Assembly (NCBI GenBank): GCA_964354985.1
Contig: CAYHBR010000005.1
Span: 1-52,454, forward strand
Reading direction: 5' to 3'
From: an uncultured Candidatus Saccharibacteria bacterium
GTDB taxonomy: Bacteria > Patescibacteriota > Minisyncoccia > Phycocordibacterales > UBA9973
Length of the DNA stretch: 52,454 nt
Below, one piece after another: positions 36,748 to 46,271 of the stretch. The position numbers were made by a program, and so were the translations under genes. How positions within the stretch are numbered: the stretch's first letter is position 1; each line of letters opens with the position of its first letter. The notes beneath the pieces were generated by a model. It made no database searches. It was given only the letters and a program-made list of their open reading frames with translations, and was not told the origin of the DNA.

Positions 36748-37771
36748 CTAATGTATATAGACCCTGTTTATTTTTCTTGAAGTATTTACTATTTTGTAAA
36801 TTTACAAGGATTGTATTTTTCTTTAAAAATCTTTCTTTAAGAACCTTCTCAACAATATCTTCTTTGGTCATTGGACCGTTCTTTTTTAGTATTTCTTTTA
36901 TAACATCTTTGACTACGCCCGGTTTGTAACCCCATTCAGACAATCCGTATGTACCGCGTCCAACTAAAACGAAACGGGAATCTTTGATAAGTTCATTGTG
37001 AGTTGTCGCAACGTGAGTCTTTTTTCCAAAAGTTGACTCGATAGCTTTTGCAACTTCGCGGAAGTGCATTGGGTTGCCATGTTTACGCATTATTAAATAT
37101 GCATAGTCTTTTATTCCACGAGTTTTAACATTTGGAGAACCTGCTACACCCCATTCATTAAGTGGGTTTGACTTTATGTTCTTTGACATCCCGAGCCAAC
37201 GACGAGCTATTTCTTCATTTAAATATGATTGATTTATGTTCTTAAGTTCTTCTATAAAGCGAGAAATTATTTCAGACTCTGGAACAAGATCATCGTTTGA
37301 AAGACTTGTATAAAGTTTTTTGAGGGCATTGTGAACTTCTGTGCTCATCAATTCGTCAACACTCCATCGGGTGTGAAATTCATCATCTTCGGCATGCTTT
37401 TTAAATTCATCTCCCAATACTAAGTAAAAATGAAAATGATTTTTTAGTTCACTATCTTTAGCGAGACTTGAAAGGAGTTCGTCTTCGGCAACAATAGTAC
37501 CAAGTGAAAGTAGGGCATTTTTTAGTTCAGTAAAGGCTTCTTTTTCAGCGCCAAACATGTCAGATTTTCGGATAGTAGCTAGGGCTGCATTTTCAATCTG
37601 GCGAACGCGTTCACGGGTGATACCGTACTTTTTTCCGATTGCCTCTAGGGTCTTGCGTTCAGCATCTGGAGTGAGACCGAAACGAGAAACAACCACGTCA
37701 TGAGCGCGGTCTTGTAACACTGAAAGTATCCTTTTGCTCACCTGTTTTGGTTTTATGTTTACTGTTGCCAT
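36743..37771 (-). CDS. sigma70 region-4 plus HARE-HTH (RNAP delta-like) domain protein
   Basis: N-terminal RFGL...TLEAIGKKYGITRERVRQIE (sigma4). C-terminal PMHFREVA...HNELIKDSRFVLVGRGTYGLSEWG followed by a second wHTH. No sigma region 2. Confidence 0.85.
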   Translation of the reverse strand: MATVNIKPKQVSKRILSVLQDRAHDVVVSRFGLTPDAERKTLEAIGKKYGITRERVRQIENAALATIRKSDMFGAEKEAFTELKNALLSLGTIVAEDELLSSLAKDSELKNHFHFYLVLGDEFKKHAEDDEFHTRWSVDELMSTEVHNALKKLYTSLSNDDLVPESEIISRFIEELKNINQSYLNEEIARRWLGMSKNIKSNPLNEWGVAGSPNVKTRGIKDYAYLIMRKHGNPMHFREVAKAIESTFGKKTHVATTHNELIKDSRFVLVGRGTYGLSEWGYKPGVVKDVIKEILKKNGPMTKEDIVEKVLKERFLKKNTILVNLQNSKYFKKNKQGLYTLA

Positions 37772-37855
37772 AGATGATTTAATGTCTTATTAATTTCTTA
37801 GTAATCCCAATATATCATTCTTACCAATAAAGTCAACACCTATTGACATAAGCCC

Positions 37856-39676
37856 TTATCCATTCTTTCTTGTGGCACGAATACGATCTAGATCAGTTAA
37901 ATACTTTTTACGCAAACGAGTCGATTTTGGGGTGATTTCAAGATATTCATCATCTGACATAACCTCAAGTCCCCTTTCAATTGTAAGGGTAAATGCAGGT
38001 TTTAGGACAATTGCATCATCAGATCCTGAGGCACGCATGTTTGTGAGTTGCTTACCTTTGATAGGGTTTACGGTCATTTCCTCGCCTTTTATAACGTTTC
38101 CAATAACCATACCTTCAAACACTTCAGCTCCGTGTTCAATATAGAGTAAACCTCTTTCTTGAAGGTTCGCCAAGGCAAAAGCTACAGCTTTTCCGGCAAT
38201 CATACTGGTCATTGAACCAACTTCTCGTTGCTTAATTTCACCGGCATATGGCTTGAAGCCAATAACGCGTGATGACATTATTCCTTCACCTTTTGTATCA
38301 ACAACAAACTGACTTCGGTAACCGAGTAAACCACGAGTAGGGATCTCGAAAGCCAAACGTACGATGCCGTTTTTTTCTTGCATATGGGTCATCATCCCGC
38401 GACGCTTTGTAATCTTTTCGATAACAGCACCGGAAGATATTTCAGGAACATCAATAATCAATTCTTCGTATGGTTCTGTTTTTACACCACCATCTTCGTG
38501 AATAATAACGTGAGGTTGAGAAACCTGAAGTTCATAACCTTCTCGGCGCATATTTTCGAGAAGAACAGCGATGTGAAGTTCTCCGCGTCCGTAAACTTTA
38601 TAACTACTTGGGCCTGAAGTGTTGGCAGCTTCAAGGTTATCAAAATCAACTTTGAGTCCAACATTTATTTCAAGCTCTTTTTCAAGACGCTCGCGGATCT
38701 GTCTGCCTGTTACAAATTTACCCTCTCTTCCTGCAAAAGGAGAATCATTAACCAAAAAATCCAGCGAAATAGTTGGTTCATCAATAGCAATAGCTGGGAG
38801 TGATAGTGTATCTTCTGAGATAGCGAAAGTTTCACCGATGAAAACATCCGATATACCCGCGACAATAGCGATATCACCTGTTTCAATCTGCATTGCGTCC
38901 TTTCTCATTATTCCTTCAAATGTGAACATCTTTGTAATTTTAGCTTTACGAGTTTCGCCATCAGCTTTTTTAACTAATATCTGATCACCTGAATTTATTT
39001 TTCCGCCGTAAACACGAACGATAGCCAAGCGGCCAAGGAAATTGTCGTAACCGAGATTAAAAACTTGTGCCACAAAAGGAGAATCGCTGTGACCTGATGC
39101 AACCGGAACTTCTTCTAAAATAAGATCAAGAAGTGGTTCTAGATTTTTACGTTCATCGTCGAGTTTCCTGACTGCCACACCTTCACGTCCTATTGCATAA
39201 ATAGTTTTGAAATCGAGTTGAGCATCACTTGCACCAAGCTCAATAAAAAGTTCCAGGACTTCGTCGTGGACACGAGCTGGATCTGCGGCCGGTTTATCTA
39301 TTTTATTTATAACAACAATAGGGATAAGTCCGAGTTCGAGTGACTTTTTTAGCACAAAACGAGTTTGTGGCATTGGGCCTTCTTGTGCATCCACAAGCAA
39401 GAGAACAGAATCAATAGCCCTAAGTACTCGTTCTACTTCTGAACCAAAGTCAGCGTGTCCTGGTGTATCAACGATATTTATTTTTGTACCTTTGTAATTT
39501 ACAGAAGTATTTTTTGAGTAAATAGTAATACCTCGCTCGAGTTCAAGCGCGTTTGAGTCCATCGTCGAACCTTCGGCCGACATTCCACATTCCTGCATAA
39601 GTGCATCTGTGAGAGTTGTCTTTCCATGGTCAACGTGGGCGATAATTGCGATATTTCTGATTTCTATTGGTTGCAT
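37856..39676 (-). CDS. typA: translational GTPase TypA/BipA
   Basis: [45 protein letters not shown]. Confidence 0.99.
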   Translation of the reverse strand: MQPIEIRNIAIIAHVDHGKTTLTDALMQECGMSAEGSTMDSNALELERGITIYSKNTSVNYKGTKINIVDTPGHADFGSEVERVLRAIDSVLLLVDAQEGPMPQTRFVLKKSLELGLIPIVVINKIDKPAADPARVHDEVLELFIELGASDAQLDFKTIYAIGREGVAVRKLDDERKNLEPLLDLILEEVPVASGHSDSPFVAQVFNLGYDNFLGRLAIVRVYGGKINSGDQILVKKADGETRKAKITKMFTFEGIMRKDAMQIETGDIAIVAGISDVFIGETFAISEDTLSLPAIAIDEPTISLDFLVNDSPFAGREGKFVTGRQIRERLEKELEINVGLKVDFDNLEAANTSGPSSYKVYGRGELHIAVLLENMRREGYELQVSQPHVIIHEDGGVKTEPYEELIIDVPEISSGAVIEKITKRRGMMTHMQEKNGIVRLAFEIPTRGLLGYRSQFVVDTKGEGIMSSRVIGFKPYAGEIKQREVGSMTSMIAGKAVAFALANLQERGLLYIEHGAEVFEGMVIGNVIKGEEMTVNPIKGKQLTNMRASGSDDAIVLKPAFTLTIERGLEVMSDDEYLEITPKSTRLRKKYLTDLDRIRATRKNG

Positions 39677-39717
39677 TGTTGTAATAAAAAAATGCCTTTC
39701 GGCTTAGTTGAGCCAAT

Positions 39718-39746
39718 ACTATACCACTAGAAACATAGTTTTGCAA
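39718..39746 (-). promoter_or_regulatory. typA promoter
   Basis: TTGCAA-17 nt-TATAGT with extended -10 TG. Confidence 0.65.
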
Positions 39747-39751
39747 TTAAA

Positions 39752-40846
39752 CTAGAAAAGCTTAGTAATATCTTTATAAGTTACAAAAAGCATTAACAAA
39801 AGAAGTAAGCCGAAACCAGTAGTATTTATCCACCCAACTATTTTGGGATTCATTTTTCTGCGTGTAATAGCTTCAATTGCGATAAATAAAAGTCTTCCTC
39901 CGTCGAGAGCTGGGAAAGGGATAAGATTCATCACTGCAAGGTTTGCTGAGATAACCGCAATAAAGGAAAGCAAGTAGATAAAACCCATATTAAAAGCTTG
40001 AGTAGCGAGACCAGCAATACCTACTGGACCTGCAACATCATTTCCTGACACACCACTAGCTGAACCAAAAACACCACCAATAAAATTGACAAAGAAAAGT
40101 AATATTTGCCAAACAGTTCTACCTGCAGTCGCAAAACCTTCAACTAATGCTTTAAAAAAAGGCAACCTGATTTCACCTACGAGATCGAGTCCGACACCAA
40201 TACCGACTTGACCTGTGCCAACCCCACCGAGTTTTGGTGTGACAGAAACAGTTTTGATTTCATTATTTAATTTATAGGAGACATCTACGGCTTTATTTTC
40301 ATGTTCGCGCACATATTTTTGCATTTCTGAAACACTTGAGACTGCCGAAGTATTGCTGTCAAGCGATACAAGTACAATATTTTCGGGTAAACCTGCCAAA
40401 TCTGCAGGAGAACCTTTTTGAACAACTGAAACAACTAGTCTCTTGTTTACAGCGGTTGTGTTATTTGAATCTACGGAAACAGGCATACCAGACATAAAAC
40501 CAATTGAAAAAAGTACACCGGCCAAAAGAAAATTCATAGCTACTCCAGCTAATAGCACGATAGCCTGTTGCCATTTTGGTTTTGAATTCAAATTACTATT
40601 TTGGTCTGCGCCTTCTACATTTAAATCATCAGGATTCTCACCGAAAAGTTTTACAAAACCACCAAATGGAATCCAGTTTAAAGTGAACAGGGTGCCTTTG
40701 TAAGTAAATAGTTTTTTAGCGCGAGGCGGAAAACCAAAACCAAATTCCTCTACTTTTACACCAAATTTTTTAGCAGCAAAATAATGGCCAAATTCATGAA
40801 CCACAACGACAACGCCTAAAATTATAACTAGTAGAATAAATCCCAT
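39752..40846 (-). CDS. rseP: RIP metalloprotease RseP (M50, one PDZ domain)
   Basis: HEFGH, GGFVKL, AGVAMN, GPVGI, NLIPFPALDGG. Confidence 0.96.
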   Translation of the reverse strand: MGFILLVIILGVVVVVHEFGHYFAAKKFGVKVEEFGFGFPPRAKKLFTYKGTLFTLNWIPFGGFVKLFGENPDDLNVEGADQNSNLNSKPKWQQAIVLLAGVAMNFLLAGVLFSIGFMSGMPVSVDSNNTTAVNKRLVVSVVQKGSPADLAGLPENIVLVSLDSNTSAVSSVSEMQKYVREHENKAVDVSYKLNNEIKTVSVTPKLGGVGTGQVGIGVGLDLVGEIRLPFFKALVEGFATAGRTVWQILLFFVNFIGGVFGSASGVSGNDVAGPVGIAGLATQAFNMGFIYLLSFIAVISANLAVMNLIPFPALDGGRLLFIAIEAITRRKMNPKIVGWINTTGFGLLLLLMLFVTYKDITKLF

Positions 40847-40851
40847 ATTTT

Positions 40852-41406
40852 TTAGCCTTCCAAAACTTCTTTTTCTTTTTTCTCAAACATTTCTTCAAGC
40901 TTATTGTTTGCGGTATCCACGTGTTTTTGTAAATCTTCTTTTGCTCGGAACTTATCATCCTCACTCATACTTCCTTCTTTTTCACTTTCTTGAATATTTT
41001 CCCAGACACTTTCTCGAGCTCGACGAATAGCAATACGCGATTCTTCAAGGCGTTCTTTGAGTGTCTTTACTGTTCTTAGTCTAGTTTCTGTGGTGAGTTG
41101 TGGAAAAATAACTCGGAGCCCAGCTTCATCTGTGGCAAGTGACAAACCAAGGTTTGCTGAAGTAATACCCTTTTCAATTTCTTTTATCAAACTTGCATCC
41201 CAGGGAGCTATTCTGAGTGTTTTCGGATCCTCAATAGAAATAGAAGCGACGTTTTTGATCGGCATCCGTGAGCCATAAGATTCTACTTGAACTAGGTCAA
41301 GAACAAGAGGACTGGCGCGACCAGTGTTTAGTGATGCAAATTCAAGAGAAAGTCTTTCTTCTATTGATTTAAAATCTTTTAACAATTCTGTAAATTGATA
41401 TGCCAT
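40852..41406 (-). CDS. frr: ribosome recycling factor
   Basis: TGRASP, VESYG, PWD, PQLTTETR, SEDD, KEKEVL. Confidence 0.98.
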   Translation of the reverse strand: MAYQFTELLKDFKSIEERLSLEFASLNTGRASPLVLDLVQVESYGSRMPIKNVASISIEDPKTLRIAPWDASLIKEIEKGITSANLGLSLATDEAGLRVIFPQLTTETRLRTVKTLKERLEESRIAIRRARESVWENIQESEKEGSMSEDDKFRAKEDLQKHVDTANNKLEEMFEKKEKEVLEG

Positions 41407-41442
41407 ATACGAAAGTATACCAAATGTATAATTTATATTGTC

Positions 41443-41472
41443 ATTGACTTAGTCAATTTTAAGTTATATAGT
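41443..41472 (+). promoter_or_regulatory. promoter with a palindrome over the -35 box
   Basis: TTGACT(41444-41449)-17 nt-TATAGT(41467-41472). ATTGACT-T-AGTCAAT (41443-41457) is a perfect inverted repeat. Confidence 0.7.
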
Positions 41473-41495
41473 GCTAAAAATTAAAAACTAAAACC

Positions 41496-42518
41496 ATGGA
41501 AAAAGCTAATCCTACTATTTTGACTGAATCAATTACGATTGACGAGTTCAAAAAAATCTTCGGATTTAGATCCGATAACACTGTTCACTCATTGATTAAA
41601 AAAATCAAAGTAAATATTGTAAAAGACGGTGGCACTAGTTTCCTCGATCTAAAAGCAATAAAAAAAGCTATCAGGATCAAAGAACTGCCTGAAAAATTTC
41701 TTTCACTCGAAGAAGTTTCTATTTTACTCGACATTAATCAGAATAAAGTTATGTCATTGGTAAAACTGGGTTTTATTCCCTATTACAAATATTCTGGAAG
41801 TCGGGGTGCCAAATATCTCTTTGTTGAAAAAGAAATTATTGAAGCAAGAAATAAATTATTTGAAGCTGATGTTAAATTAACTTCAAATATTCTTTATTCT
41901 GTGACTATAAGGAAGTATTTAGACTACCAAATATTTTTCAAAGATTTGCTTACGGAACTGAAGTTGTCGGGCGATTTCTTTAGCCAGAAAGAGATATTAG
42001 TATTTTCTGGTTTATGGTTTGGAAACGAGTCACTTGAAAATCTTGCAAAAGAATTAAATTTGGGCAATGAAAGAGTCCGGCAAATCTTTGAAAAGTCAAA
42101 ACGGAAACTTTTTTTTGGAATGAAACAAATGGGTAGATATTTTGTTCAAAATAATACTCATAGATCACAAGTTGAGTTATTGACCAAACAAAACAGTGAT
42201 CATATGTTTTCTATTTCAAAATTATTATCTGTTATTTCAGATTTGCAAGAGAAAATAGTGGAACGCAATCCGAACTATTTACCACCAACAGATCTTGAAA
42301 TAATAAAAACCAAGCTCCTTAAAATGCCTGTCACGGACCTGGATATAGGTGTTAGAGCACAAAATGCCCTCAGATCTGCCGAAATATTTACAGTTGGAGA
42401 TATTTTAGACAAAGAAAAAAATGACTTGTGTGGGCTCAGGTCAGTTGGCATCAAAACGATCCGCGAGATTAATGACGCAATTGTCGGCCTAGGGCTGGAT
42501 TGGAAAGTAAGAAGGTGA
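41496..42518 (+). CDS. multidomain transcription-related protein: HTH(s) + sigma70 region 4 + RNAP alphaCTD-like domain
   Basis: FLSLEEVSILLDI...GFIPYYK...YLF (excisionase/HTH_17-like); SLENLAKELNLGNERVRQI (sigma4); PVTDLDIGVRAQNALRSAEIFTVGD...VGIKTIREI (alphaCTD, aligns by eye to RpoA in this window). Confidence 0.85.
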   Translation: MEKANPTILTESITIDEFKKIFGFRSDNTVHSLIKKIKVNIVKDGGTSFLDLKAIKKAIRIKELPEKFLSLEEVSILLDINQNKVMSLVKLGFIPYYKYSGSRGAKYLFVEKEIIEARNKLFEADVKLTSNILYSVTIRKYLDYQIFFKDLLTELKLSGDFFSQKEILVFSGLWFGNESLENLAKELNLGNERVRQIFEKSKRKLFFGMKQMGRYFVQNNTHRSQVELLTKQNSDHMFSISKLLSVISDLQEKIVERNPNYLPPTDLEIIKTKLLKMPVTDLDIGVRAQNALRSAEIFTVGDILDKEKNDLCGLRSVGIKTIREINDAIVGLGLDWKVRR

Positions 42519-42520
42519 GT

Positions 42521-42549
42521 AAAATGGAGAAATATTATTTCTCCATTTT
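42521..42549. terminator. bidirectional terminator
   Basis: AAAATGGAGAAATA-T-TATTTCTCCATTTT between convergent genes. Confidence 0.82.
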
Positions 42550-42574
42550 TTATTTTATTTTTTTATTAAATAAC

Positions 42575-43255
42575 TTAATGATCTGTCAATTGCATCGCCA
42601 TTGTTTCTAAAAGTTGTTTGGCGGAAGAACCGCGGTCGTTTAAGTAATTTCGGAGTTCCAAAATTCTTTCAAGCTGTTCCCTTTCAGTTGAAGTTGTGTT
42701 GGCTCCAATTTTTTTTCTTAACACATCTATTACAGTATCAAAAATTTCTAGGGCTACATCCCGAAAAGCAGTCGGATTATCTTTTTTAAATTTCTTAGAT
42801 ACATTTTCAATATATTCAAATCTGTCAGCCAAAGTAATAGCTAAAAAATCTGGGTGACTGCTACTGCTTTTTGAAACTTCTGTTTTTGAAATTAAAATAC
42901 AACGGGAACGAATTGTTGGCAAAAGGATTTCTGGGTTATCAACAAAAATAAGAAAATGCATTCCGGCTCTTGGCTCTTCGACTGTTTTGAGTAAAGCATG
43001 CTGTGCTTCGTGACCTATTGATCTAGATGATATTACAATGAAGGTTTCACCTTCGGACAACAGATTACTCATTTCAGAAATAGCTCTACTGTCATCAATA
43101 CTAAAATTTTCGGCCTTATATAAAATTGCATTTTGGTTTGATCCAAACTTTATACTAAATAGATTTTCAATTTTAGGAATTACTATGCCGTAGTCACTCC
43201 CTGAAAAAATGTAGGAGTGAGAAATTATTCCTGAAAAAAGTTTTTCAATATCCAT
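42575..43255 (-). CDS. holB: DNA polymerase III delta'-like protein (short, degenerate)
   Basis: HSYIFSG, SIDDSR, EAQHALLKTVEEP, LLPTIRSRC (SRC motif). Confidence 0.85.
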   Translation of the reverse strand: MDIEKLFSGIISHSYIFSGSDYGIVIPKIENLFSIKFGSNQNAILYKAENFSIDDSRAISEMSNLLSEGETFIVISSRSIGHEAQHALLKTVEEPRAGMHFLIFVDNPEILLPTIRSRCILISKTEVSKSSSSHPDFLAITLADRFEYIENVSKKFKKDNPTAFRDVALEIFDTVIDVLRKKIGANTTSTEREQLERILELRNYLNDRGSSAKQLLETMAMQLTDH

Positions 43256-43291
43256 ATATAAAATAAATTTAAAAATTTATTAAAAAAAAGA

Positions 43292-44305
43292 CTAACGTTT
43301 ACTTAAAATACTTTTCTTATATGTATCCAAATGCTCAAGAGCAACACCCGTACCTTTTACAACACAAAGAAGCGGTTCGTCTGCAAGCTGCGCTTTGACT
43401 CCAGTTTTTCGGTAAACGAGATCGGGAAAACCGCGGAGCTGTGAAGTCCCACCGGTCATCGTAATTCCAGAATCAATAATATCAGCCGCAAGCTCGGGTG
43501 GTGTTTCCTGTAAGACATCCTTAATGGCTTTAATCATAAGTTTTAACTCGCCATCGATAGCTCTGACAATTTCATTTGTTGAAATAGAGGCAGTGCGAGG
43601 TAGGCCTTGAACATAATCCCGACCCTTGATAGTAACAGTCAGTTCTTCTTCAAGTGAAATAGCTGCTCCAATTTTTACTTTGACCATCTCGGCCGTCTTG
43701 TCCCCAATAGCAAGGTTGAAAGTTTTTTTAATATAGTCAGTAATAGCGGCATCTATTTTGTTGCCTGCACATTTTACAGAAGTTGCAGCAACTATTCCAC
43801 CGAGGGAAATCACGGCGACATCTGTTGTGCCACCACCGATGTCCACAATCATGTGTCCACGAGACTCATAAATAGGAATACCGGCGCCAATAGCAGCTAA
43901 AATTGGCTCTTTCACTATATAGGCATTTTTTGCTCCGGCACGAATCGTGGCTTCAACAACGGCGCGTCTTTCGGTAGAAGTAATTCCCGCCGGAACAGAT
44001 ACCATAACGTCTGGTTTGAAAACAGAAAAAGGACCGAGTGCTTTTCTTATAAAATACCTGAGCATGGCCTCTGTAACACGATAATCGGCAATAACACCAT
44101 CTTTCAGTGGCCTATATGCAACGATTGATTCAGGAGTGCGACCAATCATTTCTTTGGCCTCACGACCTATTGAAAGTATTTTATTATCTTGTTCAGAAAT
44201 AGCGACAACAGACGGTTCAGCGAGCACAATCCCTTTACCCGGCACAAAAACCAACGTATTTGCGGTGCCCAAATCTATACCAATTTTTCGAGAGAAAATA
44301 CTCAT
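43292..44305 (-). CDS. mreB: rod shape-determining protein MreB/Mbl
   Basis: IGIDLGTANTL, PLKDGVIAD, VDIGGGTTD, TGGTSQL. Start at ATG 44305. Confidence 0.97.
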   Translation of the reverse strand: MSIFSRKIGIDLGTANTLVFVPGKGIVLAEPSVVAISEQDNKILSIGREAKEMIGRTPESIVAYRPLKDGVIADYRVTEAMLRYFIRKALGPFSVFKPDVMVSVPAGITSTERRAVVEATIRAGAKNAYIVKEPILAAIGAGIPIYESRGHMIVDIGGGTTDVAVISLGGIVAATSVKCAGNKIDAAITDYIKKTFNLAIGDKTAEMVKVKIGAAISLEEELTVTIKGRDYVQGLPRTASISTNEIVRAIDGELKLMIKAIKDVLQETPPELAADIIDSGITMTGGTSQLRGFPDLVYRKTGVKAQLADEPLLCVVKGTGVALEHLDTYKKSILSKR

Positions 44306-44350
44306 ATTTGTGACGAGAGTATAGCATAAAATGTGTGATAGTCTTAAGGG

Positions 44351-46237
44351 GTGAAAGCTGTACACATATTTCCTATTGGAGGCGGACCTGACAAGGGTTC
44401 TCTTTCATATTTTACCGCAAAAGAAGTATTTGTTGGAGACACTGTAAGCATAACCATCCGCGGACGAAAAGTTTTGGGTATTGTTGATGAAGTAGATGAT
44501 ATCGAAGAAGACCGAACCAGTATAAAGCAATCAGCCTTTAAATTAAAAAAAATTGATGCGGTTCTCGGCCAGACTATTCACGGCGGAGTTCTATACAAAA
44601 CTGCCAAAATTTTAGCTCGATATTATATTTCCCACCCAGGACACATTCTTTCAGCCATCACACCCGTAATCTTTTCTGATCCAATCCTCAAAGATATTCG
44701 TCGAATAAATAAAATCACTGATACAGAAAAATCTTCAAGATTGTTACCGTTATTAATACAGACCTCAAAAGTCGATCGGGTAATTTATTTTAAAAAACTT
44801 ATTCGCGAGTACTTTGCAAAAAAAGAATCTGTGGCAATAATTTTACCGACTATTTCTGAGGCCAAGGAGTGGCGCGAGTTGTTGTCTAAAGGCATAACCG
44901 AGCACACTATTTTTTTTACCGGCGAAGAAAATAAAAAAAACCAAAAAGAGATGGTCCGAAAGGCATCGGATTCAGCACACTCACTTTTATTGATTGGAAC
45001 ATTATCAGCTGCTATCCTACCTGTGAAAAAACTTGGTGCCATAATAGTCGAACACGAATCTTCTGGCTTATATAATACAAGGAAGAAACCTTTTATTGAT
45101 AAAAGAATTGTAGCTGAAGTTTTCGCCCATATCTGCAATATACCGTGTTATTTTTCTGATTCTTTACTCGAACTTAAGACAAGTGGCCGTATACAACTTG
45201 GAACCGCGACCGCAGTGGAGAAATTAAATTTTCGAATCCCGGGAAAATCTTCCGAAATAATTGACCTGACTATAAAAAAGACCGATGGTGAAATTTTTAG
45301 AGCTATTTCAAAGCCTGCATTAAAAGAGATAAGGGAAAGTATTGAGAATAATGAGCAAATTTTTATTTTTTCATTCCGTAAAAATTATGCCTCTAACACT
45401 GTCTGTAAAGACTGTGGCGAGGGAGTAACTTGCTTAAAATGTGAACATGCGCTTGCTCTACTTTCACAAAACGAACGCACTTTTTATTGCTCACACTGCA
45501 ACGAAAACAAGAGAACGAATATTGTTTGTGGTAGGTGTAATAGCTGGAATTTGGTCCCGCTTGGTGTTGGGATCGATCGAGTAAAAGAAGAATTGGATGA
45601 AGCCGGTCTTGGAGATAATATTATTCAAATAGATGGCCGTCAAAAAGATTCTGAAATAGAAATGGGTGCCAAACAATTTGTAGATCGTAAAAAAAATATC
45701 CTAATTGGAACAGAAGCAGCCATAAGCAGATTACCTGACGGAGTTGATCTAGTTGTTGTGGCTTCGATTGATAGTCTTTTCGCAATGCCGATATACACAG
45801 CACCTGAGCGAGCCGCACATTTACTTATGAGACTAGCCGAAATATCAAAAAAAACAATTATTCAAACAAGATACACTCACGAAACAATTTTAGAAAATAT
45901 TAAGCGTGGAACATTTAGTGAATTTTCAGAAACCGAATTCTCAACTAGAAAATCTCTTGGCTATCCGCCTTTTGTTCGACTTATCAATCTATCATTTACC
46001 GGACAACAAGCATCAGTCGAAAAAGCCACGAAAAAGCTTGAGGGAATGTTCGAAGAATACAAACCGGAATTTTTTGAAGCGACAGACTTTAAAGGACACA
46101 CAAATGTTCGAATGCAGATCAAACTTGAGCCAGAACTTTGGCCGATTGTTCCTAAAAATGAAAACGATACTACGGAGGAAGATTTATATTCCAAGCTTGC
46201 TAGTCTACCAAAAGCGATAAAAATTAATATAGAATAA
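44351..46237 (+). CDS. priA: primosomal protein N' (PriA) with degenerate helicase motifs
   Basis: N-terminal LSY...VG..V.I.I.GRK..GIV, four CxxC pairs, LGVGIDRV, IIQTR, LGYPPF. GTG start. Confidence 0.88.
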   Translation: MKAVHIFPIGGGPDKGSLSYFTAKEVFVGDTVSITIRGRKVLGIVDEVDDIEEDRTSIKQSAFKLKKIDAVLGQTIHGGVLYKTAKILARYYISHPGHILSAITPVIFSDPILKDIRRINKITDTEKSSRLLPLLIQTSKVDRVIYFKKLIREYFAKKESVAIILPTISEAKEWRELLSKGITEHTIFFTGEENKKNQKEMVRKASDSAHSLLLIGTLSAAILPVKKLGAIIVEHESSGLYNTRKKPFIDKRIVAEVFAHICNIPCYFSDSLLELKTSGRIQLGTATAVEKLNFRIPGKSSEIIDLTIKKTDGEIFRAISKPALKEIRESIENNEQIFIFSFRKNYASNTVCKDCGEGVTCLKCEHALALLSQNERTFYCSHCNENKRTNIVCGRCNSWNLVPLGVGIDRVKEELDEAGLGDNIIQIDGRQKDSEIEMGAKQFVDRKKNILIGTEAAISRLPDGVDLVVVASIDSLFAMPIYTAPERAAHLLMRLAEISKKTIIQTRYTHETILENIKRGTFSEFSETEFSTRKSLGYPPFVRLINLSFTGQQASVEKATKKLEGMFEEYKPEFFEATDFKGHTNVRMQIKLEPELWPIVPKNENDTTEEDLYSKLASLPKAIKINIE

Positions 46238-46265
46238 AAAAAGAGTCATCATAAACTGATGACTC
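46236..46265. terminator. terminator between convergent priA and hypothetical gene
   Basis: A-tract plus GAGTCATCA-TAAAC-TGATGACTC. Confidence 0.7.
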
Positions 46266-46271
46266 CCACTG

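Noticed and set aside
42575-43255. holB and rplM (22768-23112) as pseudogenes because they are short
   Set aside because: Both have clean starts and stops, keep their key motifs and leave no downstream remnant in another frame. This fits streamlined orthologues.
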